Assembly (NCBI GenBank): GCA_038213615.1
Contig: JBBQSV010000001.1
Span: forward strand, 4,032-68,031
Origin: Candidatus Saccharimonadales bacterium
Lineage (GTDB): Bacteria > Patescibacteriota > Saccharimonadia > Saccharimonadales > OMJO01
Length of the DNA stretch: 64,000 bases
Direction of reading: 5' to 3'
The notes below the pieces were generated by a model. The model saw only the letters and a program-made list of their open reading frames with translations. It was not told the DNA's origin and ran no database searches. The position numbers and the translations under genes are program-made. Positions 54,440 to 63,655 of the stretch are shown piece by piece; the first letter of the stretch is position 1; every line of letters starts with the position of its first letter.

Positions 54440-55690
54440 CTAGGCAACCAACTTTTTTAGTAATTCTTCCCTGGAAAGCAGTTCTGACTCCTGGGCCGTC
54501 CGCTTTTTCAGCTCGTATTTAGATTGCTCTAAGCTTTTGTCGCTGACCACCACCCGGTAGGGCAAACCTATCAGGTCGGCATCGGCAAACTTCTCTCCAG
54601 CACGCGCATCACGGTCGTCATACAAAACTTCTACACCCTTTTTAGTTAGTTCGTCGTACAGATCATCGGCTGCCTTGACCACGTCTGCACCATCACCGAG
54701 TCGCGCCAAATAGACTTTGTACGGGGCAATGTTTTCTGGCCAGACCAGGCCACGATCATCACTAAACTTCTCCGCTATGAGCCCCATCACTCGACTAACT
54801 CCGAATCCATACGACCCCAGGTGAACAAACTGCTTTTTACCGTCCTCGCCAGTAAACGCAAAATCCATCCGTTCGCTTTTGTCTGTCCCAAAGTTGAATA
54901 TGTTGCCTACCTCGCTACTCTTTACCTTCTCTAACTCATCACGCTTGATGCCTAATTCTTTTAGATTCTTGTCGTCCAATACCTCTTCGTTGACTGCTAA
55001 ATTCTTGGCCCGGTGCAGGTAAATAGTGTCTTCGCCGGCCTCACAAACAGTCTGGAACTCGTGGCTAAACTTGGTAAATGCCCCACCACTGGCAAAAGTT
55101 ACGTACGTATCTTTGCCTATGCCTAGTCGTTGGTATATCTTTTTGTAGGCTTCGATCACTCTGTTGTAGTACACATCGTGTTGTTTTTCATTGGCGCTTA
55201 GCGAGTACATATCTTTCATGATAAATTCCCGCCCGCGTAATATGCCGCTCTTGGACCTCAGTTCGTTGCGCAATTTTACCTGAAACTGATACACGCTAAT
55301 CGGCAGGTCTTTGTAGCTACTGACGTGCTTTTTGGCCATTTCGACAATTGGTTCTTCGTGTGACCAAGCCAGACCGATCTCGCTCTGGTCTTTTAGTTTG
55401 GTCTTGAACCACACATCTACGACCTTATCGTCCCAACGACCGGTTGATTCCCACTTTTCTTTGGCCTGGAGGTTGGTCATTATTAACTCTTGGCTATCAA
55501 CAGCATTCATTTCTTCGCGGACGATTGATTTAATGTTTTCTATTACCTTGAAACCCAAGGGTAAAAAGGCATAGACTCCAGCCATTTCTTTATCAATGTA
55601 GCCAGCCTGGATCAGTAATTTGGCGTTCTTGGCTGTTTCATCAGCTGGAACTTCCTTACGGGTCTTTGTGAATAGTTTAGACGATCTCAT
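54440..55690 (-). CDS. proS: proline--tRNA ligase, bacterial-like N-terminus but no INS editing domain (416 aa)
   Basis: MRSSKLFTKTRKEVPADETAKNAKLLIQAGYI...GVYAFLPLG, typical of ProRS. The protein is too short to hold an editing insertion. Confidence 0.88.
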   Translation of the reverse strand: MRSSKLFTKTRKEVPADETAKNAKLLIQAGYIDKEMAGVYAFLPLGFKVIENIKSIVREEMNAVDSQELIMTNLQAKEKWESTGRWDDKVVDVWFKTKLKDQSEIGLAWSHEEPIVEMAKKHVSSYKDLPISVYQFQVKLRNELRSKSGILRGREFIMKDMYSLSANEKQHDVYYNRVIEAYKKIYQRLGIGKDTYVTFASGGAFTKFSHEFQTVCEAGEDTIYLHRAKNLAVNEEVLDDKNLKELGIKRDELEKVKSSEVGNIFNFGTDKSERMDFAFTGEDGKKQFVHLGSYGFGVSRVMGLIAEKFSDDRGLVWPENIAPYKVYLARLGDGADVVKAADDLYDELTKKGVEVLYDDRDARAGEKFADADLIGLPYRVVVSDKSLEQSKYELKKRTAQESELLSREELLKKLVA

Positions 55691-55703
55691 GGGAGTTATT
55701 CTA

Positions 55704-56453
55704 TCACGCGGCTAAAAAGTGAGTACCTGTTTTACCCGACATAACATCTTTGTAATCGGCTCCTGAACCGGCTATGTACGCATCTATCCCATTTTTGGCA
55801 GCATCTATGGCCGCCTCTACTTTGCTGAGCATACCTTGCCCACGCTCGTTGTATGGACCAGCCCAAGATTTGACCTGGTCATGTTGTTTGTCATTATTGG
55901 CGACTTTACGAACCAAGCTGGACGATGCATCCAAGAGCCCGTAGGAATCGGTCAAGAGCAACACCACATCGGCTTGCATTAGTTTGGCAATATGCGATGC
56001 TAGACCATCGTTGTCGCCGCCGTAAGCCAACTTGGCCAGCTCCTTCACACTCAGGGCATCATTTTCATTCACCACCGTAATAACCCCTAGTTGCATGCTA
56101 TTTGTTAGGGCAACCTTTAGGCTCTGATGTTCTGTGGTATCGGCTATTTCGCGGTGCGTCACCAATAGCTGGCCCGCAACCATGTCTAGATCGGCAAAAA
56201 CTTGCTGCCAAGCTACCACCAAGCCAGCACTACCTATCATGGCCAGGATCTGTTCGTCCTCGATCGGCCTACCCCTCGCTGTCAATTCCTCCCGGGCCAG
56301 GGCTATGGATCCAGACGTGACTAAAATCACACTAAACTCAGCGCTTAGCTTGGCTACCTTTTGGGCGTAGGCCTCTAGTTTGGATTTATCAATCACGCCA
56401 CCAGTGACAATGCTAGAGGTACCGTATTTGACTACAGCGATAGGTTTACTCAT
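55704..56453 (-). CDS. proB: amino-acid-kinase family protein, glutamate 5-kinase-like (no PUA domain)
   Basis: VVKYGTSS, VTSGSIALA, VNENDAL, GGDNDGLASHIA and LLLTDSYGL follow the ProB motif order. Confidence 0.7.
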   Translation of the reverse strand: MSKPIAVVKYGTSSIVTGGVIDKSKLEAYAQKVAKLSAEFSVILVTSGSIALAREELTARGRPIEDEQILAMIGSAGLVVAWQQVFADLDMVAGQLLVTHREIADTTEHQSLKVALTNSMQLGVITVVNENDALSVKELAKLAYGGDNDGLASHIAKLMQADVVLLLTDSYGLLDASSSLVRKVANNDKQHDQVKSWAGPYNERGQGMLSKVEAAIDAAKNGIDAYIAGSGADYKDVMSGKTGTHFLAA

Positions 56454-56485
56454 AACTTAGACCTAATTATAACTGATGATGGTTG

Positions 56486-57277
56486 TTAACTCAGGTGAAA
56501 GATAAACAAGCTGGCAAAGGCGATGGCGTTTTTTATGGCATGCAGCAGGATGCCCGGCCACAAGCTGCCTGTCTTTTCGCGTACATAAACTAGCACCATA
56601 GACAGCACAAATGTATCAATAGCTGCCACCCACAAAAGTGGCCGGCCACTGCCAAACTGCAAGTGCGCAGTAGCAAACAACACACTAGTGCCTAGAGCTG
56701 CCACAACTTTTGGCAAATTCTTTTTTAGGCTAGTGTACAAAAAGCCACGACACAAAATCTCTTCGGCAATTGGTGGCAAAACCACCAGACTGATAAACAC
56801 TAGCACCAGCCCAAATCCAGATGTGGAACTGCCAAAAGCCAACTGTTGGTGCTGATCAACATTGATTTGCGGAAATAGATTGTGCGCCAGCGTAAGCACC
56901 ACTATATAAATAGGTAGATAGGCCCCAAAGGCTGCCAGTGCGTAGGCAATGTAGGTCAACTTTGGACGATCCAAACCGATAAAATTCAGCCCCGTCTTGC
57001 GGCGCCTTAGAAACGCCACAATACCCAACACGGTTATAGATTCAACTGCCAAGATAGACAAAAACTCTACCGTCACAGAACTATTTAGCCGGTCTATGGT
57101 AGCCTGGTGATCACCACCCAGGGCTATTACCACTGCCGACAGCACAAACCCAACCACCAGCTGTGATCCAAAAAATACTGCTACAGAATAGACCAGCCCC
57201 GTCAGGCTACTCCAATTTATTAACCCCGATTTTGGCGGGGCTGGCAAGTCTGCTTCTGGTGCACCGGCAGGCTTCAT
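56486..57277 (-). CDS. CPBP family intramembrane glutamic endopeptidase (CAAX protease-like)
   Basis: EEILCRGFLY, FATAHL and LLHAIKNA motifs. Confidence 0.8.
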   Translation of the reverse strand: MKPAGAPEADLPAPPKSGLINWSSLTGLVYSVAVFFGSQLVVGFVLSAVVIALGGDHQATIDRLNSSVTVEFLSILAVESITVLGIVAFLRRRKTGLNFIGLDRPKLTYIAYALAAFGAYLPIYIVVLTLAHNLFPQINVDQHQQLAFGSSTSGFGLVLVFISLVVLPPIAEEILCRGFLYTSLKKNLPKVVAALGTSVLFATAHLQFGSGRPLLWVAAIDTFVLSMVLVYVREKTGSLWPGILLHAIKNAIAFASLFIFHLS

Positions 57278-58377
57278 TAGTGCCGCGTTATATCAACTAT
57301 AGTAATCAAAACAACCAACGTCATCAGCACTAAAAAGCCAGTGCCGTGGATGCGTTCCTCTGTTTGTTTGCTGAGTGGCCTACGCATAGCCCGATAAAGC
57401 AGTGTCACAAACAGCCGCCCGCCGTCCAATGCCGGTATGGGCAACACATTAATGAGTGCTAGCGTCAGCGATATGATAGCAATAATCATCAATATAAACT
57501 GATAGCCCAAAACACTACCGTTTTTCAGTAACATAAACACCCCTACTGGCCCCGATACTTCGCTACTGGCCGCAGCAAAGTGACGACTAAAGACATTCGA
57601 TATCGCACCTCCAAGTCCCTTATAGGTCAGTACAGTGAATTGTTTGATAAGCCCAGCAGCAACTATTGGCGCCGACCAAGTGGACCTAGTTAATTCAAAG
57701 GTAGTTGGTGATATGCCCAGGTAGCCTTTTTGACTACTATCGGCTTGGTCACGAGACATCAACTGCACACTAACAGTTTGCAAGAGGCCGTTATGCCGAT
57801 ACTCTATCTGTACTTTTTTACCAGCAAATTCATGGGTTAACGCTGGCAAGTTTTCGGCCGCTTGAATAGTGTGCTGACCCTGGCCCGGCAGGCCGATGCT
57901 TTCCATGCGATCCCCGGGCTTTAGCCCGGCGGTCTCAGCCGGCGACCCGGGCTCGACATAACCAACTAACACATCGTTTCTAAGGATCTTGGTATCTCTG
58001 CTAACGCTAAACTGATTGTCTACTATTTTTGGCATACCCACCAATGCCAAAAACGTCAGCATCCCAAATGCCACAATTACATTCATTGCCACACCAGCCA
58101 GCATAATTCTGACCTTAGCCCACAGGGGTGCAGCACCATAGCTGCCCTTTTCTTTGGCCGAATCGTTTTCGCCCTTTAACTTCACAAAACCACCTAGTGG
58201 TAGCCAATTGAGCGTATAAAGCGTACCCCCTTTTTTGAATAACTTTTTTGCTCGTGGCGGAAAGCCCAGACCAAACTCTTCTACTTCTACTCCACTGTGT
58301 CTGGCTGCCCAGAAGTGCCCCAGTTCATGCAAAACTACTAGGCTGACAAATAAAATCAGCGCCAAAACCAGTAACAT
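57277..58377 (-). CDS. rseP: M50 site-2 protease (RseP-like) with PDZ domain
   Basis: HELGHFWAAR zinc motif, a PDZ domain (GSPAETAGLKPGD) and a C-terminal NVLPIPALDGG. Confidence 0.85.
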   Translation of the reverse strand: MLLVLALILFVSLVVLHELGHFWAARHSGVEVEEFGLGFPPRAKKLFKKGGTLYTLNWLPLGGFVKLKGENDSAKEKGSYGAAPLWAKVRIMLAGVAMNVIVAFGMLTFLALVGMPKIVDNQFSVSRDTKILRNDVLVGYVEPGSPAETAGLKPGDRMESIGLPGQGQHTIQAAENLPALTHEFAGKKVQIEYRHNGLLQTVSVQLMSRDQADSSQKGYLGISPTTFELTRSTWSAPIVAAGLIKQFTVLTYKGLGGAISNVFSRHFAAASSEVSGPVGVFMLLKNGSVLGYQFILMIIAIISLTLALINVLPIPALDGGRLFVTLLYRAMRRPLSKQTEERIHGTGFLVLMTLVVLITIVDITRH

Positions 58378-59072
58378 TACTTGCCAAACCTCCGCTGCCG
58401 ACGCGAAAATTCGGCCAAAGCTTTGTCTAGATCGGCCTCGTTAAACGCTGGCCAATTTTTTTTAATAAATAGCAGCTCTGAATAGGCAGCCTGCCAAAGC
58501 ATAAAGTTACTAATACGCTGCTCGCCAGAGGTCCGAATTAGCAGGTCAATATTGGGAATCTCTGGGTGATATAACTGATCAGACAGAGCTTTTTCGTTAA
58601 TCTCATCCTGCGACAATCCCTGGCCGACCAATGCTTTAACAGCATCAATGATCTCTTGCTGCCCACCGTAGTTGAAACACAACGCCAAGGTGCCTTTGGT
58701 GTTGTCTTTGGTCTTTTCCTCGGCCTTGTGAATAGTCTTTAGGATTCGGTGTCGCAATCCGTCACGGCGGCCCATTATCACAATCCTGATTCCTTCATTG
58801 TGCAGGCTGTCCATATATCTACGAACAGTGCCATTTATCAGCCCCAGCAACGGCTTAACCTCTTTATCCCCCCGATCCCAGTTTTCGCTAGAAAATACAA
58901 AGACCGACACTACATTTACACCTTTTTTAAATGCCGCACTAGCGATTTTTTCTAGAGTAACGGCGCCCTCTCGGTGGCCCTCGATTATCGGCAGATCATT
59001 TGCTGCAGCCCAGCGACGATTGCCGTCTAAGACAAAACCAATATGATTTGGCACGTTTAGTGTTTGTGACAT
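58377..59072 (-). CDS. uppS: isoprenyl transferase (undecaprenyl diphosphate synthase)
   Basis: HIGFVLDGNRRWA and RTSGEQRISNFMLWQ motifs. Confidence 0.93.
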   Translation of the reverse strand: MSQTLNVPNHIGFVLDGNRRWAAANDLPIIEGHREGAVTLEKIASAAFKKGVNVVSVFVFSSENWDRGDKEVKPLLGLINGTVRRYMDSLHNEGIRIVIMGRRDGLRHRILKTIHKAEEKTKDNTKGTLALCFNYGGQQEIIDAVKALVGQGLSQDEINEKALSDQLYHPEIPNIDLLIRTSGEQRISNFMLWQAAYSELLFIKKNWPAFNEADLDKALAEFSRRQRRFGK

Positions 59073-59125
59073 GTCCAGCTATTATAGCAATAATAATCAC
59101 CTAAATCACTGTGGACTATGCGAGG

Positions 59126-59452
59126 CTAGGTGTCTTTTGACAGATAATTATGAATGTCAGTAAAGAACAAACTAGCAATACCCCAAATCAACGGTAACCA
59201 AACTGGTATACCCAAAAACTGCGGGTTACCATAGTGCCAAGCACCCGCTCTGATACAAATAATCTCAGCCAAACTGCCAGCCACTGCACAAAATATGAAG
59301 CTTTTAATATATTCCCAATGCGTTACAAGATTCATAAGCAGAGAGACGACAACCAGTAACGAGCTCACGATATATGTTTGACGCCAAAACATTACAACCA
59401 CAAGGAAAGCCATCAAAAAGCATATCGTTTGGGGTAGCTTGGCTTTAAACAT
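59126..59452 (-). CDS. small 3-4 TM membrane protein, unknown function
   Basis: Hydrophobic 108-aa ORF between uppS and frr. Confidence 0.55.
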   Translation of the reverse strand: MFKAKLPQTICFLMAFLVVVMFWRQTYIVSSLLVVVSLLMNLVTHWEYIKSFIFCAVAGSLAEIICIRAGAWHYGNPQFLGIPVWLPLIWGIASLFFTDIHNYLSKDT

Positions 59453-59461
59453 CTGGGTTGC

Positions 59462-60025
59462 TTACAGGCTCATGATTTCGGATTCTTTGGATTTGGCGGC
59501 CGATTCGGCCAAACTTTTGGACTGGCTCATGGCATCGTCTACTTGCTGACTTTGGCGTTTGGCGTCGTCCTCGCCCAGTTGTTTGTCTTTTTTAGCTTTG
59601 TCTACAGCATCCATGGCCTCGTGGCGGGTGTTACGCATGGCGATCATGCATTCTTCTAATTTGGTTCCTACCTGTTTGGTGATTTCACGACGACGTTCTT
59701 CTGTTAATGAAGGAATTGGTACACGCACCACTCGGCCATCATCACTAGGGTTCAGACCCAAGCTCTGGTTGTCACGGATAGCTGCAGTAATAGCAGCTAT
59801 GTTGTTAGGGTCAAAAGGACTAATCTGAATAAGCGTAGGCTCTGGAGTGGTAACCGTGGCAGCTTGATTCAGCGGCAACTGGGTACCGTAAGCCGCTACC
59901 ATGACGCCGTCTAACATACTGGGATGAGCTCGGCCTGTGCGTAGCTTTTTTAACTCGTCCTCAAAATGTGTAACAGCAGCTTGAAACTTGGTCTTGGCGG
60001 CGTCAACAGCTTGGTTTGGATTCAT
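59462..60025 (-). CDS. frr: ribosome recycling factor
   Basis: LKKLRTGRAHPSMLD and SLGLNPSDDGRVVRVPIPSLTEERR motifs. Confidence 0.95.
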   Translation of the reverse strand: MNPNQAVDAAKTKFQAAVTHFEDELKKLRTGRAHPSMLDGVMVAAYGTQLPLNQAATVTTPEPTLIQISPFDPNNIAAITAAIRDNQSLGLNPSDDGRVVRVPIPSLTEERRREITKQVGTKLEECMIAMRNTRHEAMDAVDKAKKDKQLGEDDAKRQSQQVDDAMSQSKSLAESAAKSKESEIMSL

Positions 60026-60053
60026 GGTTATAATTTTACCCTAAGTTGATAAT

Positions 60054-60431
60054 TTAGCTATCCGCTTGGGGGTCAGAGACTCCGCCAATGCGGCTCCATA
60101 GGCAAGAATCTACACGATCACTATCTGCGACTGGTGCATCGTAGAGTGCCAGCATATCGTCTACTAGGTCCCGATTTGGCTTTGCCCCGCGGTTTAGGTC
60201 TATAAAAACCTGCTCTAGCGCCAACCTAGTAGCCGACGAGCAAGCGCGTGCCGGACATGTTATGCATAACTCATCCGTACCGAGCTGATCTCTCTCGAGA
60301 TCACACAGCTCCTGCCGGACCAGCCTGCCGTCCCTTTCATCCACATAAGTGCCTGTTACAGCGCCAGGCACAGGACTATGCACACCCTCAAACAAAGCAA
60401 TCTTGTGGTCTTTTCGCCCCAGAAAACTCAT
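60054..60431 (-). CDS. hypothetical 125-aa Lys-poor, Cys-containing protein occupying the usual pyrH slot
   Basis: The ATG lies 3 nt after the tsf stop. Only long ORF in this interval. No similarity to UMP kinase motifs. Confidence 0.5.
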   Translation of the reverse strand: MSFLGRKDHKIALFEGVHSPVPGAVTGTYVDERDGRLVRQELCDLERDQLGTDELCITCPARACSSATRLALEQVFIDLNRGAKPNRDLVDDMLALYDAPVADSDRVDSCLWSRIGGVSDPQADS

Positions 60432-60434
60432 AGA

Positions 60435-61034
60435 CTATTCTGAGACTTCACCCAGAGCCATACGGTCAAAGCGCCGAACTACGATGTTTTCGCCCAGTTT
60501 GGCAATGTGCTCTTTGACGTAATCACCTACCGTTTGGTCGGGGTTTTTGACAAATGGTTGGTCTAGCAGACAGCGTTCGGCAAAGTGCTTTTTGAGCATA
60601 CCCTCTACGATGTTATCAATCATGTTGTCGGGCTTGCCTTCGCCTTTGGCCTTGTCGGCAAATTCACCTGTTTTGGCTTCTTTGGTAGCAGCATCTACTT
60701 GGTCGACACTAACAAATTCTGGGCTACTAGCAGCTATGTGCATGGCAATGTCTTTGACCATGTTGGTAAAGACTTCGTTGCGGGCCACAAAGTCGGTTTC
60801 GCAGTTCACTTCTACCAACACGCCAATCCGGCCGTCGTGGTTGTAGTTACCGATTATCCCGGCTCGAGCTTCTCGCTCACCACGTTTCTCGGCCTTGGTT
60901 AGGCCCTTTTTGCGCATGGCGGCTAAGGCTTTATCAAAATCACCTTTGGATTCCTCTAGGGCGCGTTTGGCATCAGTTAACCCCACACCCGTCAGGTCTT
61001 TTAGCCGCTTGATATCATCTATAGAAATAGCCAT
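60435..61034 (-). CDS. tsf: translation elongation factor Ts (short form)
   Basis: IKRLKDLTGVGLTDAKRALEES UBA-like N-terminus. ATG 61034 with an AAGGGG Shine-Dalgarno. Confidence 0.93.
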   Translation of the reverse strand: MAISIDDIKRLKDLTGVGLTDAKRALEESKGDFDKALAAMRKKGLTKAEKRGEREARAGIIGNYNHDGRIGVLVEVNCETDFVARNEVFTNMVKDIAMHIAASSPEFVSVDQVDAATKEAKTGEFADKAKGEGKPDNMIDNIVEGMLKKHFAERCLLDQPFVKNPDQTVGDYVKEHIAKLGENIVVRRFDRMALGEVSE

Positions 61035-61035
61035 A

Positions 61036-61242
61036 TTATCTGTCCCCTTCATGTATCACGCCCAAGTCTAGCATTACATCACATAATTCTAACTGGACAG
61101 CCCGCTCTCGCACTTCCTCTTCAGACAAATGTGGTGTGCCATGACTAACATAATGTGCGATAGCGTCGAGCCTGCGGCCTAATTCAGCTTGCCTTTCAGC
61201 ACCTGCCGGAAAGTCGGCGATGTTACCTGAGTTCATAGCCAT
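61036..61242 (-). CDS. hypothetical 68-aa lysine-free ORF exactly filling the rpsB-tsf spacer
   Basis: The ATG overlaps the rpsB TAA (TAATG) and the stop lies 1 nt before the tsf ATG. It could equally be a non-coding leader. Confidence 0.35.
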   Translation of the reverse strand: MAMNSGNIADFPAGAERQAELGRRLDAIAHYVSHGTPHLSEEEVRERAVQLELCDVMLDLGVIHEGDR

Positions 61243-61997
61243 TATTTTGCCTCCGTTTTAGCTTCCACCTTTTCATCTTTGTCTGGAGCGGGAGCCTTTT
61301 TGGCAGCCTGGCCTTTGCCGGCTTCTATGGCTTGTTTGACATGGTTGGCTACCAGCTGAATGGCACGGATGGCATCATCGTTGCAAGGGATTGGGTACTT
61401 AATAATCGATGGATCGGTGTTGGTGTCTACCAAAGCTACCACTGGAATGTTTAGCTTGATGGCTTCTTTTACAGCGTTGTGATCGTGCAGTATATCTACT
61501 ACAAATACGGCACCTACTTTTGGCGCCATATCTTTAATACCACCATAGATGCTGTTCATGGCGTCGATCTCTTCCTGGTAACGCTGTACTTCGAGCTTGC
61601 TATATTTATTGGCTAACTGGCCGCTCTCCATCTTGGCTTCTAGGTCTTTGAGGTGTTTTACGCGGCCACCAATGGTGTTGCGATTGGTCAACATGCCACC
61701 CAGCCACCTTTGCGTAACGTAGGGCATAGTGGTTTCGTCGGCCAGTTTTTTGATAATGTCCTGAGCCTGGCGTTTAGTACCGACTAGCAATACTTGCTTG
61801 CCGTCAGTCACAATCTGCTGAATAAAATCCAGAGCTGTTTCTAAGCCCTCTACAGTCTGAGTTAGGTCAATAATATGGCTACCGTCACGCTTGGAGTGAA
61901 TGTAGGGCGCCATTTTGGGATGCCAACGACTGGTCTTGTGACCAAAGTGCGCACCGGCCTCTAATAGTTGCTTGATATCTACAGTATTTGTAGCCAT
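61242..61997 (-). CDS. rpsB: 30S ribosomal protein S2
   Basis: LLEAGAHFGHKTSRWHPKM motif. ATG 61997 with AAGGAG 7 nt upstream. Confidence 0.96.
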   Translation of the reverse strand: MATNTVDIKQLLEAGAHFGHKTSRWHPKMAPYIHSKRDGSHIIDLTQTVEGLETALDFIQQIVTDGKQVLLVGTKRQAQDIIKKLADETTMPYVTQRWLGGMLTNRNTIGGRVKHLKDLEAKMESGQLANKYSKLEVQRYQEEIDAMNSIYGGIKDMAPKVGAVFVVDILHDHNAVKEAIKLNIPVVALVDTNTDPSIIKYPIPCNDDAIRAIQLVANHVKQAIEAGKGQAAKKAPAPDKDEKVEAKTEAK

Positions 61998-62131
61998 GAT
62001 TTTCTCCTTTATCTTCACCCTGGGTACCCGTATGTTCCTGCACGGAGTGCATACGAGAGGATCAATTCCCTGGGCTGCTTAATAATTGATGAGTTAATTG
62101 TAACAGATACAGACAATCCTGACAACCGGTG

Positions 62132-62160
62132 TTGATTATGTCGGCCTGATCTGTTAAACT
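62132..62160 (+). promoter_or_regulatory. candidate promoter TTGATT-17-TAAACT for rpmE
   Basis: The -10 box ends 9 nt before ATG 62170, with no Shine-Dalgarno. Confidence 0.4.
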
Positions 62161-62169
62161 AGCCTAGCA

Positions 62170-62523
62170 ATGAAAAAGGGACTTCACCCAGACAATTACC
62201 GACCAGTGGTCTTTCAGGACCTCAATAACGACTGGTCTTTTTTGACACGCTCTACCGCCGTTACTGACGAAACTATCAAGTGGGAAGACGGTAACGAATA
62301 CCCGCTAATCAAGGTACATATTTCTAGTGCTAGCCACCCGTTCTTTACTGGCCAAGAAAAACTAGTTGACGTAGAAGGCCGCGTAGACAAATTCAAGGCT
62401 CGCCAAGAAGCCGCCAAGGCTCGCGCCGAAGCCATGAAACATGCTGCCGGCAAAAGCCGTACCAAGACCCTAAAGGTCGACGAAACTCAAAAAATCGGTT
62501 CTAACCAAACAGCCAACCGTTAG
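62170..62523 (+). CDS. rpmE: 50S ribosomal protein L31, type B (no CxxC), with basic C-terminal extension
   Basis: [10 protein letters not shown] start and [13 protein letters not shown] motif. The zinc-binding cysteines are absent. Confidence 0.9.
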   Translation: MKKGLHPDNYRPVVFQDLNNDWSFLTRSTAVTDETIKWEDGNEYPLIKVHISSASHPFFTGQEKLVDVEGRVDKFKARQEAAKARAEAMKHAAGKSRTKTLKVDETQKIGSNQTANR

Positions 62524-62540
62524 CTAGCCACACCAACCTC

Positions 62541-62576
62541 AATCACTTCTATTACCTATAGAAGTGATTTTTATTT
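62541..62576 (+). terminator. intrinsic terminator after rpmE
   Basis: An 11-bp stem (AATCACTTCTA / TAGAAGTGATT) with a 7-nt loop, followed by TTTTATTTAT. Confidence 0.75.
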
Positions 62577-62596
62577 ATACTAATCAAGGAACACTA

Positions 62597-63655
62597 ATGG
62601 AAGCCAAAGAACAATCTCTGCGTCAAGAACTAGCCGACCTGCAGACCCGCTTGCAGGATCCATCTATTTTTGCGTCCAAAGATTACCCCAAACTGGCCCG
62701 CCGCCAGAGTCAATTAGAAGAGTTAATTCGGCTATTTGATGAATCTGCCACCCTACGTAGCGCACATGACCAGGCCCAAGAACTGGCTAGTGGTGCCGAT
62801 CCAGAAATGGCTACCCTAGCAGCTGGCGAACTAGAAGAGCTAGATCAAAAGATTCAGGTCAACAGCGACGCCCTAAACGAGGCCCTGACCCCCAAAGACC
62901 CCAATAACGAGCGTGACGTAATTGTAGAGATCCGGGCAGCGGCTGGCGGCGATGAGTCTAGCTTGTTTGGCGGCGAACTGTACCGGATGTATGCCCGCTG
63001 GGCCGAAAACCACAACTACAAATTAGAACTCATCAGTGAAAGCCCCAGCGAAGCCGGCGGATTCAAGGAAATAATCTTTGCCGTCCGCGGCGAAAATGCC
63101 TACAAAAACCTCAAGTTCGAGGCCGGTGTTCACCGCGTGCAACGTGTGCCAGTCACCGAAAGCCAAGGCCGCATCCACACCAGCACAGCTACTGTAGCCA
63201 TCATGCCCGAGGCCGAAGAAACCGATATAGAAATTAACCCCGCAGATTTGAGGATCGATGTATTTAGATCTGGTGGCCACGGTGGTCAGAGCGTCAACAC
63301 CACCGATTCAGCCGTGCGCATCACCCACTTGCCCTCTGGCCTAGTGGTCGCCAACCAGGATGAAAAATCGCAGATCAAAAACAAGGCCAAAGCGCTAAGT
63401 GTGTTGCGCTCCCGTTTGTTGCAACTAAAGATAGATCAAGAACAAAAAGATTTATCCGATGCTCGTCTAAAACTAATCGGGTCTGGCGACCGCAGCGAAA
63501 AGATCCGGACTTATAACTACCCCCAGGACCGCATTACAGATCACCGCATTGGCTACAGCCGCTCCAATTTGCCCGGCGCACTGGATGGCCAAATAGATGA
63601 CATCATCGAAAAACTTCAGACTGCTGAACACGAACTTTTGAGTCATGAAGGTTAA
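62597..63655 (+). CDS. prfA: peptide chain release factor 1
   Basis: PxT tripeptide (PVT) and GGQ (SGGHGGQSVNTTDSAVR). ATG 62597 has an AAGGAA Shine-Dalgarno. ORF-track GTG 62564 lies inside the terminator stem. Confidence 0.95.
   Translation: MEAKEQSLRQELADLQTRLQDPSIFASKDYPKLARRQSQLEELIRLFDESATLRSAHDQAQELASGADPEMATLAAGELEELDQKIQVNSDALNEALTPKDPNNERDVIVEIRAAAGGDESSLFGGELYRMYARWAENHNYKLELISESPSEAGGFKEIIFAVRGENAYKNLKFEAGVHRVQRVPVTESQGRIHTSTATVAIMPEAEETDIEINPADLRIDVFRSGGHGGQSVNTTDSAVRITHLPSGLVVANQDEKSQIKNKAKALSVLRSRLLQLKIDQEQKDLSDARLKLIGSGDRSEKIRTYNYPQDRITDHRIGYSRSNLPGALDGQIDDIIEKLQTAEHELLSHEG

Noticed and set aside
62019-62169. The divergent rpsB / rpmE intergenic region as a replication origin (strand switch from minus to plus genes).
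   Set aside because: There are no DnaA boxes and the region is only 150 bp. It is better explained as two back-to-back promoters plus an rpsB leader hairpin (CGTA..TGCAC-gga-GTGCA-TACG). Several other local strand switches occur within the window.
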